Assembly (NCBI GenBank): GCA_963825865.1
Contig: CAWGVG010000019.1
Location: 1-16,308, forward strand
Origin: an uncultured Nitrososphaeraceae archaeon
GTDB taxonomy: Archaea; Thermoproteota; Nitrososphaeria; Nitrososphaerales; Nitrososphaeraceae
Direction: 5' to 3'
DNA: 16,308 nt
Shown piece after piece: positions 1-8,660 of the stretch. The notes below the pieces were generated by a model. That model had not been told where the DNA came from and did not search any database. It worked only from the letters and a program-made list of their open reading frames with translations. Made by a program: the position numbers and the translations under genes. The stretch's first letter is position 1, and every line of letters starts with the position of its first letter.

Positions 1-237
1 TGGTGGGCAGCGCTAGTAGCAGTAATGATGATTCAGGTAGTAAGATAAAGGTACATAAGGTTCGTGACAGTAGTGGTAGTGGTAGTAGGCAGGCAGCGCT
101 AGTAGTGGTAGTAGGCAGCAAGCGCTAGTAGTGATTAAAATATACTTGCAGATAACATTATCAAAGAGGTCGAAAATAGTCTCAAAGAATCAGGAATAAA
201 CATAGATTTAGGATGTTCTTATTTGATATTCAACTAA
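1..237 (+). pseudogene. 3' end of a low-complexity Ser/Gly/Asp-rich protein gene (runs off the left edge), disrupted
   Basis: Frame from 3 reads VGSASSSNDDSGSKIKVHKVRDSSGSGS. After frame changes inside the repeats and a TAA at 136-138, a protein-like tail ILADNIIKEVENSLKESGINIDLG... ends at TAA 235-237. Confidence 0.4.
6..133. repeat. Imperfect short direct repeats (GGCAGCGCTAGTAG / TAGTGGTAGTAGGCAG) encoding GSASS-type units
   Basis: ggcagcgctagtag at 6-19 and 92-105, agcgctagtagtg at 121-133; agtggtagtaggcag occurs twice between 78 and 118. Confidence 0.7.
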
Positions 238-619
238 GCTACCATAACTATTGCATAGATTTTCCCAAATTTTAGTTTTAAGATACCGCACACATCATAA
301 TGACTTCATAATGTTATTATTTTTTAAAATGCGCTAAGGTATTATTCTTGGGGATAGAGAGACCGGAGATTAATGGTTGGAATAACAAAGGTCCGCAAGA
401 GTTTAAAGTGTTTGTTCTTTGCGTATCGTATAAGTGTGAGAAAATAGATAGAACTTGTCATGTAAAGGTGTCTGTTCACGATACAAAGCACAAAAACCAT
501 CTTATCATTTGGGTCGTTATGCTAAAATGGGCAGTGCTGATGTCAGGTTTGCTCTGTATTTCTGAACTGGGATGGATTGTCATGTCCTTGCTGTTACATC
601 ATTTCCTACAGTCGAATGT

Positions 620-770
620 CCAATACGAATATATTCTAAAGTATATCCCAAGATTGTTTACAAAGTTTGCTACAAAATCCATTACAAGGACCCGCTTAGG
701 GTTGTTTATATCTCAAAAAGTATTATTGAAGCTCATGGTGGAAGAATATGGGCTGAAAAATAATGCTGAT
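620..770 (+). pseudogene. Sensor histidine kinase HATPase_c C-terminal remnant
   Basis: IPRLFTKFATKS..TRLGLFIS in the 348..797 frame continues as SKSIIEAHGGRIWAE in the 572..763 frame, then NNAD back in the first frame. This matches the F/G2-box region (normally GTGLGLFISKSIIEAHGG), with frameshifts near 712-720 and 760 and a degraded G2 box. Confidence 0.8.
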
Positions 771-835
771 GTTTCCCCCCCTCTTAATACAGATTAACTA
801 AATCCTAACTTTTTAGTTTATATAAATCGTAATTA

Positions 836-1024
836 TTAACGTGGATGACAAAATGGGTCGAATTTGTTCTGAATCCCGCCGTACTGACTGTAATACCATA
901 ACAGATTGAGACTACTATTCCAACAACAGCATCGTTCCCAACTGAAATTTGTACACTCTTGTGAAGATTTACTTTGCTTACAGTCCTGTGGTAAACATCC
1001 GCAATCTGCACATTTAATCTGCAT
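836..1024 (-). CDS. Small Cys-rich (metallothionein-like / metal-binding) hypothetical protein
   Basis: MQIKCADCGCLPQDCKQSKSSQECTNFSWERCCCW: 8 Cys in the first 34 aa, including CxxCxC and CCC. The C-terminal tail is less convincing. Confidence 0.55.
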   Translation of the reverse strand: MQIKCADCGCLPQDCKQSKSSQECTNFSWERCCCWNSSLNLLWYYSQYGGIQNKFDPFCHPR

Positions 1025-1127
1025 AAACTAGATTAAACAATACGGTTATCTAAATATTAGATATCATAGATGTAAAACTTTAGCATTGTTAGCTTGGATT
1101 ATCCTGGTTCCTTATTTTCAGTTGCAT

Positions 1128-1397
1128 CTATTGTCTTACTTTTTCCTCTTTATTAAGTTCATCAATTGTCATTGCATTAGCTAAAACTATAGGACGATTA
1201 TTATCGTCAATATTGGCTTCAGTAAAAACAGGAGCATAAGAAGAATTTTCTAATATTTGAATAATGGAATTATCATCTTGAGTAAGCTTTAGCTCTAGGT
1301 CCTTTAGTGGAATTATTGAACCATAGTCGTCAATATCAAGATTGGTTACTTTAACCTTATTTTTACTTGCATTTTTTATATGATAATATATAAAAAA
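1128..1397 (-). pseudogene. Start-less 89-codon open frame, hypothetical protein remnant
   Basis: Stop-free frame ...NKVKVTNLDIDDYGSIIPLKDLELKLTQDDNSIIQILENSSYAPVFTEANIDDNNRPIVLANAMTIDELNKEEKVRQ*. Composition is protein-like, but there is no in-frame ATG/GTG/TTG near its 5' end. Confidence 0.35.
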
Positions 1398-1399
1398 TC

Positions 1400-1520
1400 A
1401 TGTCATCATAAAGAATCTTGCAGAGCATGTGGAACGCATCTAACTCCGATATCAGTTTGCAATATGTGCAAGGAGCATATTACATGGATATGTAATTAGT
1501 GCGATAAAATGGAAGTGGTT
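1400..1520 (+). pseudogene. Small zinc-ribbon protein with three CxxC motifs, disrupted
   Basis: From 1401: CHHKESCRACGTHLTPISVCNMCKEHITWICN*CDKMEV. TAG at 1497-1499 falls inside the third CxxC, and the ATG at 1400 is out of frame. Not in the ORF track. Confidence 0.65.
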
Positions 1521-1592
1521 TTTTTTGGTGTGAAGCGCGCAAAAACAACATCCTTCGAACATTTATAATTTTAAAAATAATGTAAAAATATC

Positions 1593-2050
1593 ATGAAATG
1601 GATAACAAGAGAACATGCAAAAGTAGATTGAACTGCATGTCCTGGTCTTATAAAAAATTTTATTGATAAGGATGCAGAATTTCTTTTTGTACCTGCACAT
1701 AAGGTAATTCAAATATCCAGAGAACAAAATGCCATACCTTTTGACATACCAAACGTTGAGCAAGGTCATCATGAAGAAGAGTGTTCTTTTGATGCCATTT
1801 TAAAAAAATATGAATTGGATAAAAAAGAACCTGCACTTCTCAAATTAGCCAAGATAGTAAGAGGAGCAGATACACCCAATAGGAGTTTGACTCCTTTCTC
1901 TGAAGGTCTAGCCGAATTGGCTAGTGGTTTTAGTATTATCTCAAACGATGACTATGTAATATGGCAAAACAATTCTACGTATATGATGCACTTTATGCAT
2001 TTTGTAAATTAGATAACAACAAAGAAAAATTGTTGACCTCTAGACATTAG
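1593..2050 (+). pseudogene. chrB: Chromate resistance protein, ChrB C-terminal domain-only (ChrF-type)
   Basis: MKWITREHAKVD*TACPGLIKNFIDKDAEFLFVP...AIPFDIP...GHHEEECSFDAILKKYEL...ALLKLAKIVRGADT...DDY / NMAKQFYVYDALYAFC. TGA at 1629-1631 replaces the conserved Arg of the DRxAC motif, and there is a frameshift near 1957. Confidence 0.88.
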
Positions 2051-2080
2051 TAGTCGTGTTAATAGTGAGTAGAGCAACTG

Positions 2081-2239
2081 CTAACCTACTCCCGCAGGTG
2101 TCTGACTACCTTCCTGACTGTAATCCATCCTCTTATGGGAATCCAATGTTTCAGCGCTATCAAAAATTCTGCCACATATACCGCAGCAATATTCCTTGAC
2201 AGAACGCTTGGGATTTGAAGCAAGCGCTTTAATTATCAT
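2081..2239 (-). CDS. 52-aa C2H2-type zinc-finger mini-protein (last His replaced by Tyr)
   Basis: MIIKALASNPKRSVKEYCCGICGRIFDSAETLDSHKRMDYSQEGSQTPAGVG*: Y-x-C-x2-C-x3-F-x5-L-x2-H spacing. Too short for the ORF track. Confidence 0.65.
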   Translation of the reverse strand: MIIKALASNPKRSVKEYCCGICGRIFDSAETLDSHKRMDYSQEGSQTPAGVG

Positions 2240-2756
2240 TAATATATGAAAAGATACAATTAAGAATTAATCAATCTAAACACGACGCGCAAAATACTTC
2301 AAGAATAGATATATTGCGTTATGACAACATATAGACACGAAAATATATGGCAGTTTACCGTTAAGCAAATAGGCAGAATACACACTAATTTATCCATATG
2401 TAGAAAAAAGACTTTCCGATAATGCTTTATATCTACAAATTATCAATAAGTTAGAGCATAGTGTTGAAATGTCCGCCATAGGAACAGAAAACCTCAATAC
2501 TAAAGAGGAAGAAGAAAAAGAAGAATCAACAGCATCATGGTGGTATAAGTGGTCACTAATGCTAGAATTGATTTACCACAAACTACGTTGAAAGAAATTT
2601 TACCCCTTAGCATACCATTATTCTTTCGCTCTTACGAGGCCCAGTGTATTATTACTTACTCTTTTTAGAACTGCTATTAGTGAGAGAACCACCGAACCCG
2701 CATCAAAGTTGTCCCTTTATTACCACCCGCTTTATCATATAGGTAGTAGTTAGATT

Positions 2757-2951
2757 TTGCTCTCTATAACAAAAGAAGAAAAAGGAAAACAAGGAATAGC
2801 ACAGCAAAGCCCACTATACCCATTTATGTATGCATTGAAGTCTTCTGAAGCCAGAAGACAATATCCAAAGAGGTTGAAAATGCTATTTGATTATATTAGA
2901 CTACCAGGATTATTAGAAGAACAAGCAAGTAGAAGACCATTTGGTAGATGA
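2757..2951 (+). pseudogene. N-terminal fragment of an archaeal tyrosine recombinase/integrase
   Basis: SPLYPFMYALKSSEARRQYPKRLKMLFDYIRLPGLLEEQA resembles the N-terminus of thaumarchaeal integrases. It breaks off at about 2930 with no catalytic domain. Confidence 0.6.
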
Positions 2952-3008
2952 AGAGGAAAAATAATCCTCGTCCAAACAATAATTGATAAAGCTGTTGGTG
3001 AAACATCA

Positions 3009-3175
3009 GGCTTTGTAGAAACCCTCAATATTATGATGAGGTTGGTTAATCTGTGCATTTTGTAGGCCATGCATCTGAGAGATAGTTCTCTGTTCTGTGT
3101 TCGAATCAACCTAGACATCAGGTGCTCTCCAAACAGCCGTTTTATTACAGAAATTATGGTGCTTTGACTGTACAA
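3009..3175 (-). mobile_element. 3' remnant of an IS5-like insertion sequence (transposase C-terminus plus one terminal repeat)
   Basis: YSQSTIISVIKRLFGEHLMSRLIRTQNRELSLRCMAYKMHRL matches the post-catalytic-Glu region of DDE transposases. The frame runs into a probable terminal repeat GGCTTTGTAGAAACC (3009-3023). The other end is absent. Confidence 0.75.
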
Positions 3176-3201
3176 AACCCAAAATTATAAAATTAAAGTG
3201 G

Positions 3202-3970
3202 TTATTTAGAATAAAGAGTATTGATAATTGTGCAGGACTTAGTCTCATTGTATTTTATATAACCATCACAGTCAGAATAGAAGTTAACGCTGTAATGATT
3301 TAACACAGAAACTTCATTAGATACTTTCTTTGCTGGTCACCTTACTCAGTAATAGCATATAGACCAGGACCTAAATCTATGATTTCGCTGGACTCGTTAC
3401 CTAGAAATGCACTAGGTCGATTATTTTTACCATTTACATGAATGGTGAAATTAGACGTCTGTTTGGATGCAACTTTGATACCAATAGTATGAGTTGTGAA
3501 GCAGCTGAATCTATCCTTGTATTATAGTCACAGAAAGGCATTGATTCAATAACTGCTCTGTTATGTTAGGAATGTCGAATATCTCTGATTGGGTTACAAA
3601 GCACGTTCCAGCTGTATTTGCATTCACCACAATAGTTTCCTCATTATTATTATTGTGATGTACTAGAACTATGTTCCAACATCATTGTCATTATCGTTGT
3701 TATTATCATGTATGACTAGTTTATTGTTATCATCATTATTTTTGAATTTAAAATTGTCTGAACCTTTGAGATCATTACCCTTGCCAAAGTCACCATCGCT
3801 TGTATGTTTGAAACTGCTACCGCCATCTTTGTGACTAGAGTCATCCACCTTTAACATCATTTGCTGCTACCGCCAAATTCCTTTGCTCCTCCTATATTTG
3901 GTGTCACTACTACAATCACGCTTGACACCAACACAACCGCTATGAGTATTGTTTCTACTAATTTCTTCAT
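3202..3970 (-). pseudogene. Secreted/surface protein with signal peptide, Asp/Asn-rich linker and C-terminal prealbumin-like (SpaA-type) fold domain, disrupted
   Basis: ATG at 3970 gives MKKLVETILIAVVLVSSVIVVVTP. It is followed by a D/N-rich segment (3669-3860), then SNFTIHVNGKNNRPSAFLGNES...LGPGLYAITE and YSVNFYSDCDGYIKYNETKSCTIIN*. Several stops and frameshifts intervene. Confidence 0.6.
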
Positions 3971-4166
3971 TTTTTACCTCAATATACGATGATCCTTGCT
4001 TACTCATATTAATGTCGGATAATATATCAGATATTAGATAGATGACGATTGGACATAAATCCAGCTCTATTTTTTGCAAATATATATTGATGAATTAGGC
4101 TAAAGCTATCCTTTGGATGTCTGAATTTGTGATGACATATAATAAAACATCCTCAAAGGACAGCAC

Positions 4167-5169
4167 ATGATAGTTCAGAATCCATCCTTATTGGTATTCT
4201 GTATTTGATAGGCTTGATACCATGGCCAGAATCACAAAAGATGAAAAAAAGAGGTAGACCATACGTCTATTCTTCTACTGTCATATTACGATGTTTCATA
4301 GTCAGATTGTGGTTTAGAATGGATTCTAACAACGCATTACATGAATTCCTAGGAATGGATTACCCTTACAATAAGAAGATAATGAAAAGATGTGGTCTTA
4401 CCCAAATACCAGATAGACGAACATTTGACAGACGTCTTAAGACCATATCCATAGACATCAAGGAAAGGATTGCTACTATGACTAGTCTATTAGTAAATGG
4501 GAAGATAATAGACCCTTATATTGTTGCAATAGATAGTACATTGCTCAAAGCCAGAGGACATGTTTGGCACAAATCATCTATGGATAAAGGAATATTACTA
4601 TGTTCAGGTATAGATACAGATGCCAGGTGGGGATTCAGTCATACCAGAGGTTGGATATTTGGTTACAAACTACATTTGATATCAAGTACTGGTTCAACCA
4701 TAGGACCTTTAGGAGCAGATTTTACAACTGCTAATGTACAGGATAATCAAATGTAAAATCCTATGATATCATCATCATCATCATCTCTGTTCCTAGAAAC
4801 ATGTTTCATGATAGGTGATTCTGGGTATGACGACAATAAACTATATGATTTGAGTATAAAAGAGGATTTGAACTGGTATGTCCAGTACAAAGGTACAAAA
4901 ATACCCCAAAGAATAGACTAGAGCTGATACAATTCTATGAATCTGAGTTAGGACAGGCTATTTACTCTTGGAGAAGTAAATCGATAGAACCACTAATAGA
5001 ACATATTAAATCTATTTTTAGAATAGACCCATTACCGGTAAGAGGCTATCAGAAGGCTGCTGGAACAGGACTTCTGTCAGGACCACTGTATCAGATCCTT
5101 GTCTACTACAATTATAAAACCAGACCTAGTCAACGACCAAAATCAATCAAACACATGTTATGTAGTTAA
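4167..5169 (+). pseudogene. DDE transposase (DDE_Tnp_1 type, IS4/IS5-like), inactivated
   Basis: KRGRP..YS, PDRRTFDRR, AIDST (D), DTDARWG..GWIFGYKLH, GDSGYD (D), RSKSIEPLIEHIK (E). Frameshift near 4200, TAA at 4754-4756, frameshift near 4860; natural stop at 5167-5169. Confidence 0.9.
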
Positions 5170-5925
5170 TGCAGCACTAAATGATAGATGAAAAATATAG
5201 AATTGAATTATGCCCATGTCTCAGATAGATAGCTATGTTCTATACAATCGTTATAGAATCCTTGAAGGAACAGCCTTGTGTCGAAGCTTATTCCATTTTT
5301 GGAGTTGCCAGCAAAAAGTGTTATTAGACATAATCAACATCTATAATGATTCGTTTTATATCTTGTGTCTAGGTATAGTAAATCCAAATGGGAAGAAAGT
5401 GTACTTCATTTGCTATCAATATAAAATTATGGAACTCGCATATATGTAAAAGATAAACGGAATTTTACTTGACTAGTCACGTCTTTGCTATGAGAATTTG
5501 TTCTAAACTAAAAATTGAGTGTGAACAACCATTCTTAACGCGAATCATCTATATATACAGAATAATGCTGGAGTAACAGTTTGGTACAGGAACAGGATAG
5601 TCATACAGCAGCAGAAAAAACCCTCCATTTTTTTATATTACAGCTATTTCATTCTGTTGCGATTCTGATTGGTTTTATCTTAATGTCATAATAGCATGTT
5701 GTAAATAAAGTATTGCCAAAAGATTTGACAGTTGGTGATATTTAGATTCCCTTCAGTTGACGGCACATCAATATACTATAAACACTCTTATAATAATAAA
5801 CAATTTTTTCTATTGTAATTTCAATATATTTTAACTAATACTAATAAAATATAAAATAATAATAGAATGAGTTTATTATATCATATAGTCGAAGATTCTA
5901 GTATTCTGTATAAAAGACTTCTTAA

Positions 5926-6084
5926 AATAGTGTCAAGACATTAAGAAGTATTGAGTATCATCAATGTACAAAATGTGGTATGATCTATAGATGCGAAAAG
6001 GATAGTTGTAAAATGCCATTTTTGTATGATATATGTCACATGTGTCAGAAAAGATCTTTTCATTTTAATCCTTGGTTCTATTGA
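5926..6084 (+). pseudogene. Small six-Cys zinc-binding protein, start codon not evident
   Basis: NSVKTLRSIEYHQCTKCGMIYRCEKDSCKMPFLYDICHMCQKRSFHFNPWFY*: CxxC, Cx4C, CxxC. No canonical start upstream of the first Cys. Confidence 0.45.
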
Positions 6085-6306
6085 TAAAAAAAGAATATTC
6101 AATTAAGTGATATTCAACTGCAGTAATCCTAGTGGAGTCTACTACATCAACGAAACATATACAGCAGTTGTGCGAATTGCCAGTAAATTGTATTTCCTCA
6201 GCCAAGACAAATATTGCTTTAAACCGTTAGAACATATTTTATATATCTTACTTATCTATGTTCTCTGGCATTACCTATCAGCTTTTCAAAAACCTCTGAT
6301 TCAGTA

Positions 6307-7352
6307 GATCTCTTGCGTAATTAGCAAGTCTATAGTCTAACACCCTACTTGTTTTAGCCGTCTTCTTAGATTGAAATGCTGTCAGACTGTATAACTCTGA
6401 AGTTCAGGAGACCGGATATTATATCAGATACGTTATTGTACTTCCTTAATCTGTTTCTAAATTTAGTACCCATTATTCCAAACTTTTTGATCTTACATAT
6501 GGTATGTTCTACTATGATCCTTAGCCTAGAATGATTCTTGTTGTAAGTTCTTTCATCACATGAAAGCAATGTACCCTTTTTCTTTTTGATACAAAGTACA
6601 GACTTTACAGTGGGAAAGTCCTTTTCAATGCCAAGATAACCAAGATCAACTATGTTTTCAACTTGTGATGGAGTTATAGAATGATTGTGTTTGTAAATGT
6701 CATAATCATGTTTTCTTCCACTTCTGTGACCTGTCTTATGCAGTATCAATCCTTCACTGTTTACCATCAATTGTGTCTTGACAGTATGTTTCTTCTTTCT
6801 ACCTGAATAGTAACTCTTCCTTCTTCTTTTGTTCTTAGGTCTTGGAATTTCTTGTTCTGTAGAGTCTATGAAAGCCTTGAATCCAGGAAAGTACTCTTCT
6901 ACTTCATCTATAGTTCTTAATCTCCTAGTACGTTTGTATATCTTCTTTGGCAATGGAATACACTCCTTGATAAGTGGTTCCATCATTGATATATCTCTAC
7001 AAACATTGCTTTGATCAAGGTCAAACAGAAATCCTGATAATGTATATGTAATGTATAATCTGTAGTATACTAGAAGCATAACGAATCTTTCTTTAACTTT
7101 AAGCTTAAATGGTCTACCAGCACCTATATCCCGTATTCTCGTCCTTGATAGAAGACGTCTTCTTTCGTGCTCTTCGTAGTTATGTTCAATTTCGTTACAA
7201 ATGGATTCAAATTCAGATACAGTTACTCCGGTAAATGACCTGAATATCAAAGGTTTCTTACATAATTTGCTATAGGACATCAAAGAGCTTGTCAGATAGA
7301 TATCCTATGTGAAGAGGAATATAGCTCTAAGCTTCTAATTACACAAGAGATC
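6307..7352 (-). mobile_element. Complete IS5-family (ISL2-like) insertion sequence, 1046 bp
   Basis: Inverted repeats GATCTCTTGCGTAATTAG (6307-6324) and CTAATTACACAAGAGATC (7335-7352), 17/18 identical. TA flanks both sides (6305-6306, 7353-7354), consistent with a target duplication. Confidence 0.92.
6366..7283 (-). CDS. IS5-family transposase (HTH_Tnp_4 + DDE_Tnp_4), intact
   Basis: 305 aa: FRSFTG, GAGRPFKL, LSGFLFDLDQSNVCR (HTH), IDSTEQEIPRP (D), YSGRKKKHTVKTQ, DLGYLG (D), RIIVEHTICKIKKF (E). Confidence 0.95.
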   Translation of the reverse strand: MMSYSKLCKKPLIFRSFTGVTVSEFESICNEIEHNYEEHERRRLLSRTRIRDIGAGRPFKLKVKERFVMLLVYYRLYITYTLSGFLFDLDQSNVCRDISMMEPLIKECIPLPKKIYKRTRRLRTIDEVEEYFPGFKAFIDSTEQEIPRPKNKRRRKSYYSGRKKKHTVKTQLMVNSEGLILHKTGHRSGRKHDYDIYKHNHSITPSQVENIVDLGYLGIEKDFPTVKSVLCIKKKKGTLLSCDERTYNKNHSRLRIIVEHTICKIKKFGIMGTKFRNRLRKYNNVSDIISGLLNFRVIQSDSISI

Positions 7353-7576
7353 TAGTATAATTCCATGACTTTGGAGATATTATTTAGATTGTCTTATTTA
7401 TTTGATCACAATATATAAAATTCTAAGTTGGTTGAGAAAATAAAAGCAATAATAGTAGCATATAGTGGTAGTTACATGTAATCCATAGTTAAATCTACTA
7501 ATGTAAATTATGCACCACCTATAGTCAATATTTATTATCATAATGCTTTAGATAACTATTTTTTGAAAGCAATAGA

Positions 7577-7975
7577 TTGACTAACATACATCACGTGCAT
7601 CTTCACAAGATGATGTCATCATCTTCTATTCATGTTGAAGAAAAGCAAGAATGTGATGACATTGTTGAAAAGTGGTTAGCAGAAAGATTGGAAGATAAAT
7701 TGCGAAAGACATCTCATATTATAAAGCAAACTCATAGACCTATTCTATTATACAGAAATACTATTGAAGAAGGCGAGAATGCTTTATGCGAACAAATTGG
7801 TTTGGCAATTGGAAAACACATTGTTATCATAATGTATGCTTATGGTGGTTTTGTTCCTTCTACTTTCCAAGAAGTTGAGGTACATACGCTAGATAAATTT
7901 ACCAAATGGATTGTAAAAAAGGGAAAAAGAGATTTGCTTTTGCAATGCCTTGAGAATATCGATAAAATAAAGTGA
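7577..7975 (+). CDS. Hypothetical protein (about 120-132 aa; may start at the ATGs near 7610)
   Basis: Uninterrupted ORF with globular-protein composition and AT-rich upstream spacer. No motif recognised. Confidence 0.7.
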   Translation: MTNIHHVHLHKMMSSSSIHVEEKQECDDIVEKWLAERLEDKLRKTSHIIKQTHRPILLYRNTIEEGENALCEQIGLAIGKHIVIIMYAYGGFVPSTFQEVEVHTLDKFTKWIVKKGKRDLLLQCLENIDKIK

Positions 7976-8331
7976 AAGGTCAACCCCTTACAGCAACATA
8001 CAATTACCCTGGTCTTTCGCTATCCTGTTCTTCTCTTGCCTATGCATTTCTTCTTGCTATTGTTATTATTCTGTAAGTGGTAACCAAAAGGTTGTTATGA
8101 ACCTTAGAAGAATTACATTAAAAAAATTCAACAAATATCTTAATGAAATGACAAACTAATTTCGTACATACTCCCTCTGATTGGTGTTTCAGTTCTTAAA
8201 ATAAATCGTTAAGAAATCAAGCGCTGCTAATGTATGAAAAAGAAAGATGACAATGATATATTAAATGTACCTATAATAACAGGAATTACAGTGTTTATTA
8301 TTAGTAGACCATGCAAATAAATTTTTTTCAG

Positions 8332-8600
8332 TCATGAATAGCAGTGCTTATTAATTGTATCCCAGAAAGACAACTCATATCCAAGTAACAGCCTTGCTGC
8401 CTATTCGCATTTCTTCTTCTTTTGTTTTAAGAGCAGGTCTTACAATATCATTGGATTTTTCAACAAACTCTCTTGGTAACGGTGCGGCAAAATTGTCTAA
8501 GAATGCACAGGAAGTATTGGTAAAACCATAGTTTTTCTTCAATGCTGAACTCATTTTATCACAATTGGCACCCATACAGGAAAGTCAACAAGTGTTATTT
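8332..8600 (-). pseudogene. 3' fragment of a TenA-family (heme-oxygenase-like fold) protein
   Basis: Across frameshifts: LVDFPVW/GANCDKMSSALKKNYGF..CAFLDNFAAPLP.../AARLLLGYELSFWDTINKHCYS*. The YExxFWD terminal motif is typical of TenA. The 5' half is missing. Confidence 0.7.
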
Positions 8601-8660
8601 TCTTTTAATAGCTCCTTTACTTATATCTTGATTGTGTGTGTCAATAGATGATATATCCAA

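Noticed and set aside
348-797. 149-aa ORF (and nested 572..763) as real proteins
   Set aside because: Only about 620-770 has kinase motifs, and these are split between the two frames. The rest has no recognisable signal.
1563-1772. Minus-strand 69-aa ORF
   Set aside because: Antisense shadow of the chrB pseudogene.
2680-2710. Possible tRNA/att remnant (GAACCCGC, reverse GCGGGTTC) upstream of the integrase fragment
   Set aside because: Only about 8 nt resemble a T-arm; there is no cloverleaf or second copy in the window.
3867-4079. 70-aa minus ORF
   Set aside because: Alternative frame over the signal-peptide start (ATG at 3970) of the secreted-protein pseudogene.
4080-5190. Terminal inverted repeats for the 4167-5169 transposase
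   Set aside because: No match to the candidate right end (GTTAATGCAGCACTA) was found upstream, so element boundaries are not called.
5210-6307. ORFs 5210..5449 and 6107..6307
   Set aside because: Composition typical of random AT-rich frames and no motifs; the latter ends only at the IS boundary.
6829-7014. Plus-strand 61-aa ORF
   Set aside because: Antisense shadow of the intact transposase.
8600-8660. TPP riboswitch upstream of tenA
   Set aside because: The spacer is only about 60 nt and lacks the CUGAGA and GAACCUGA core motifs.
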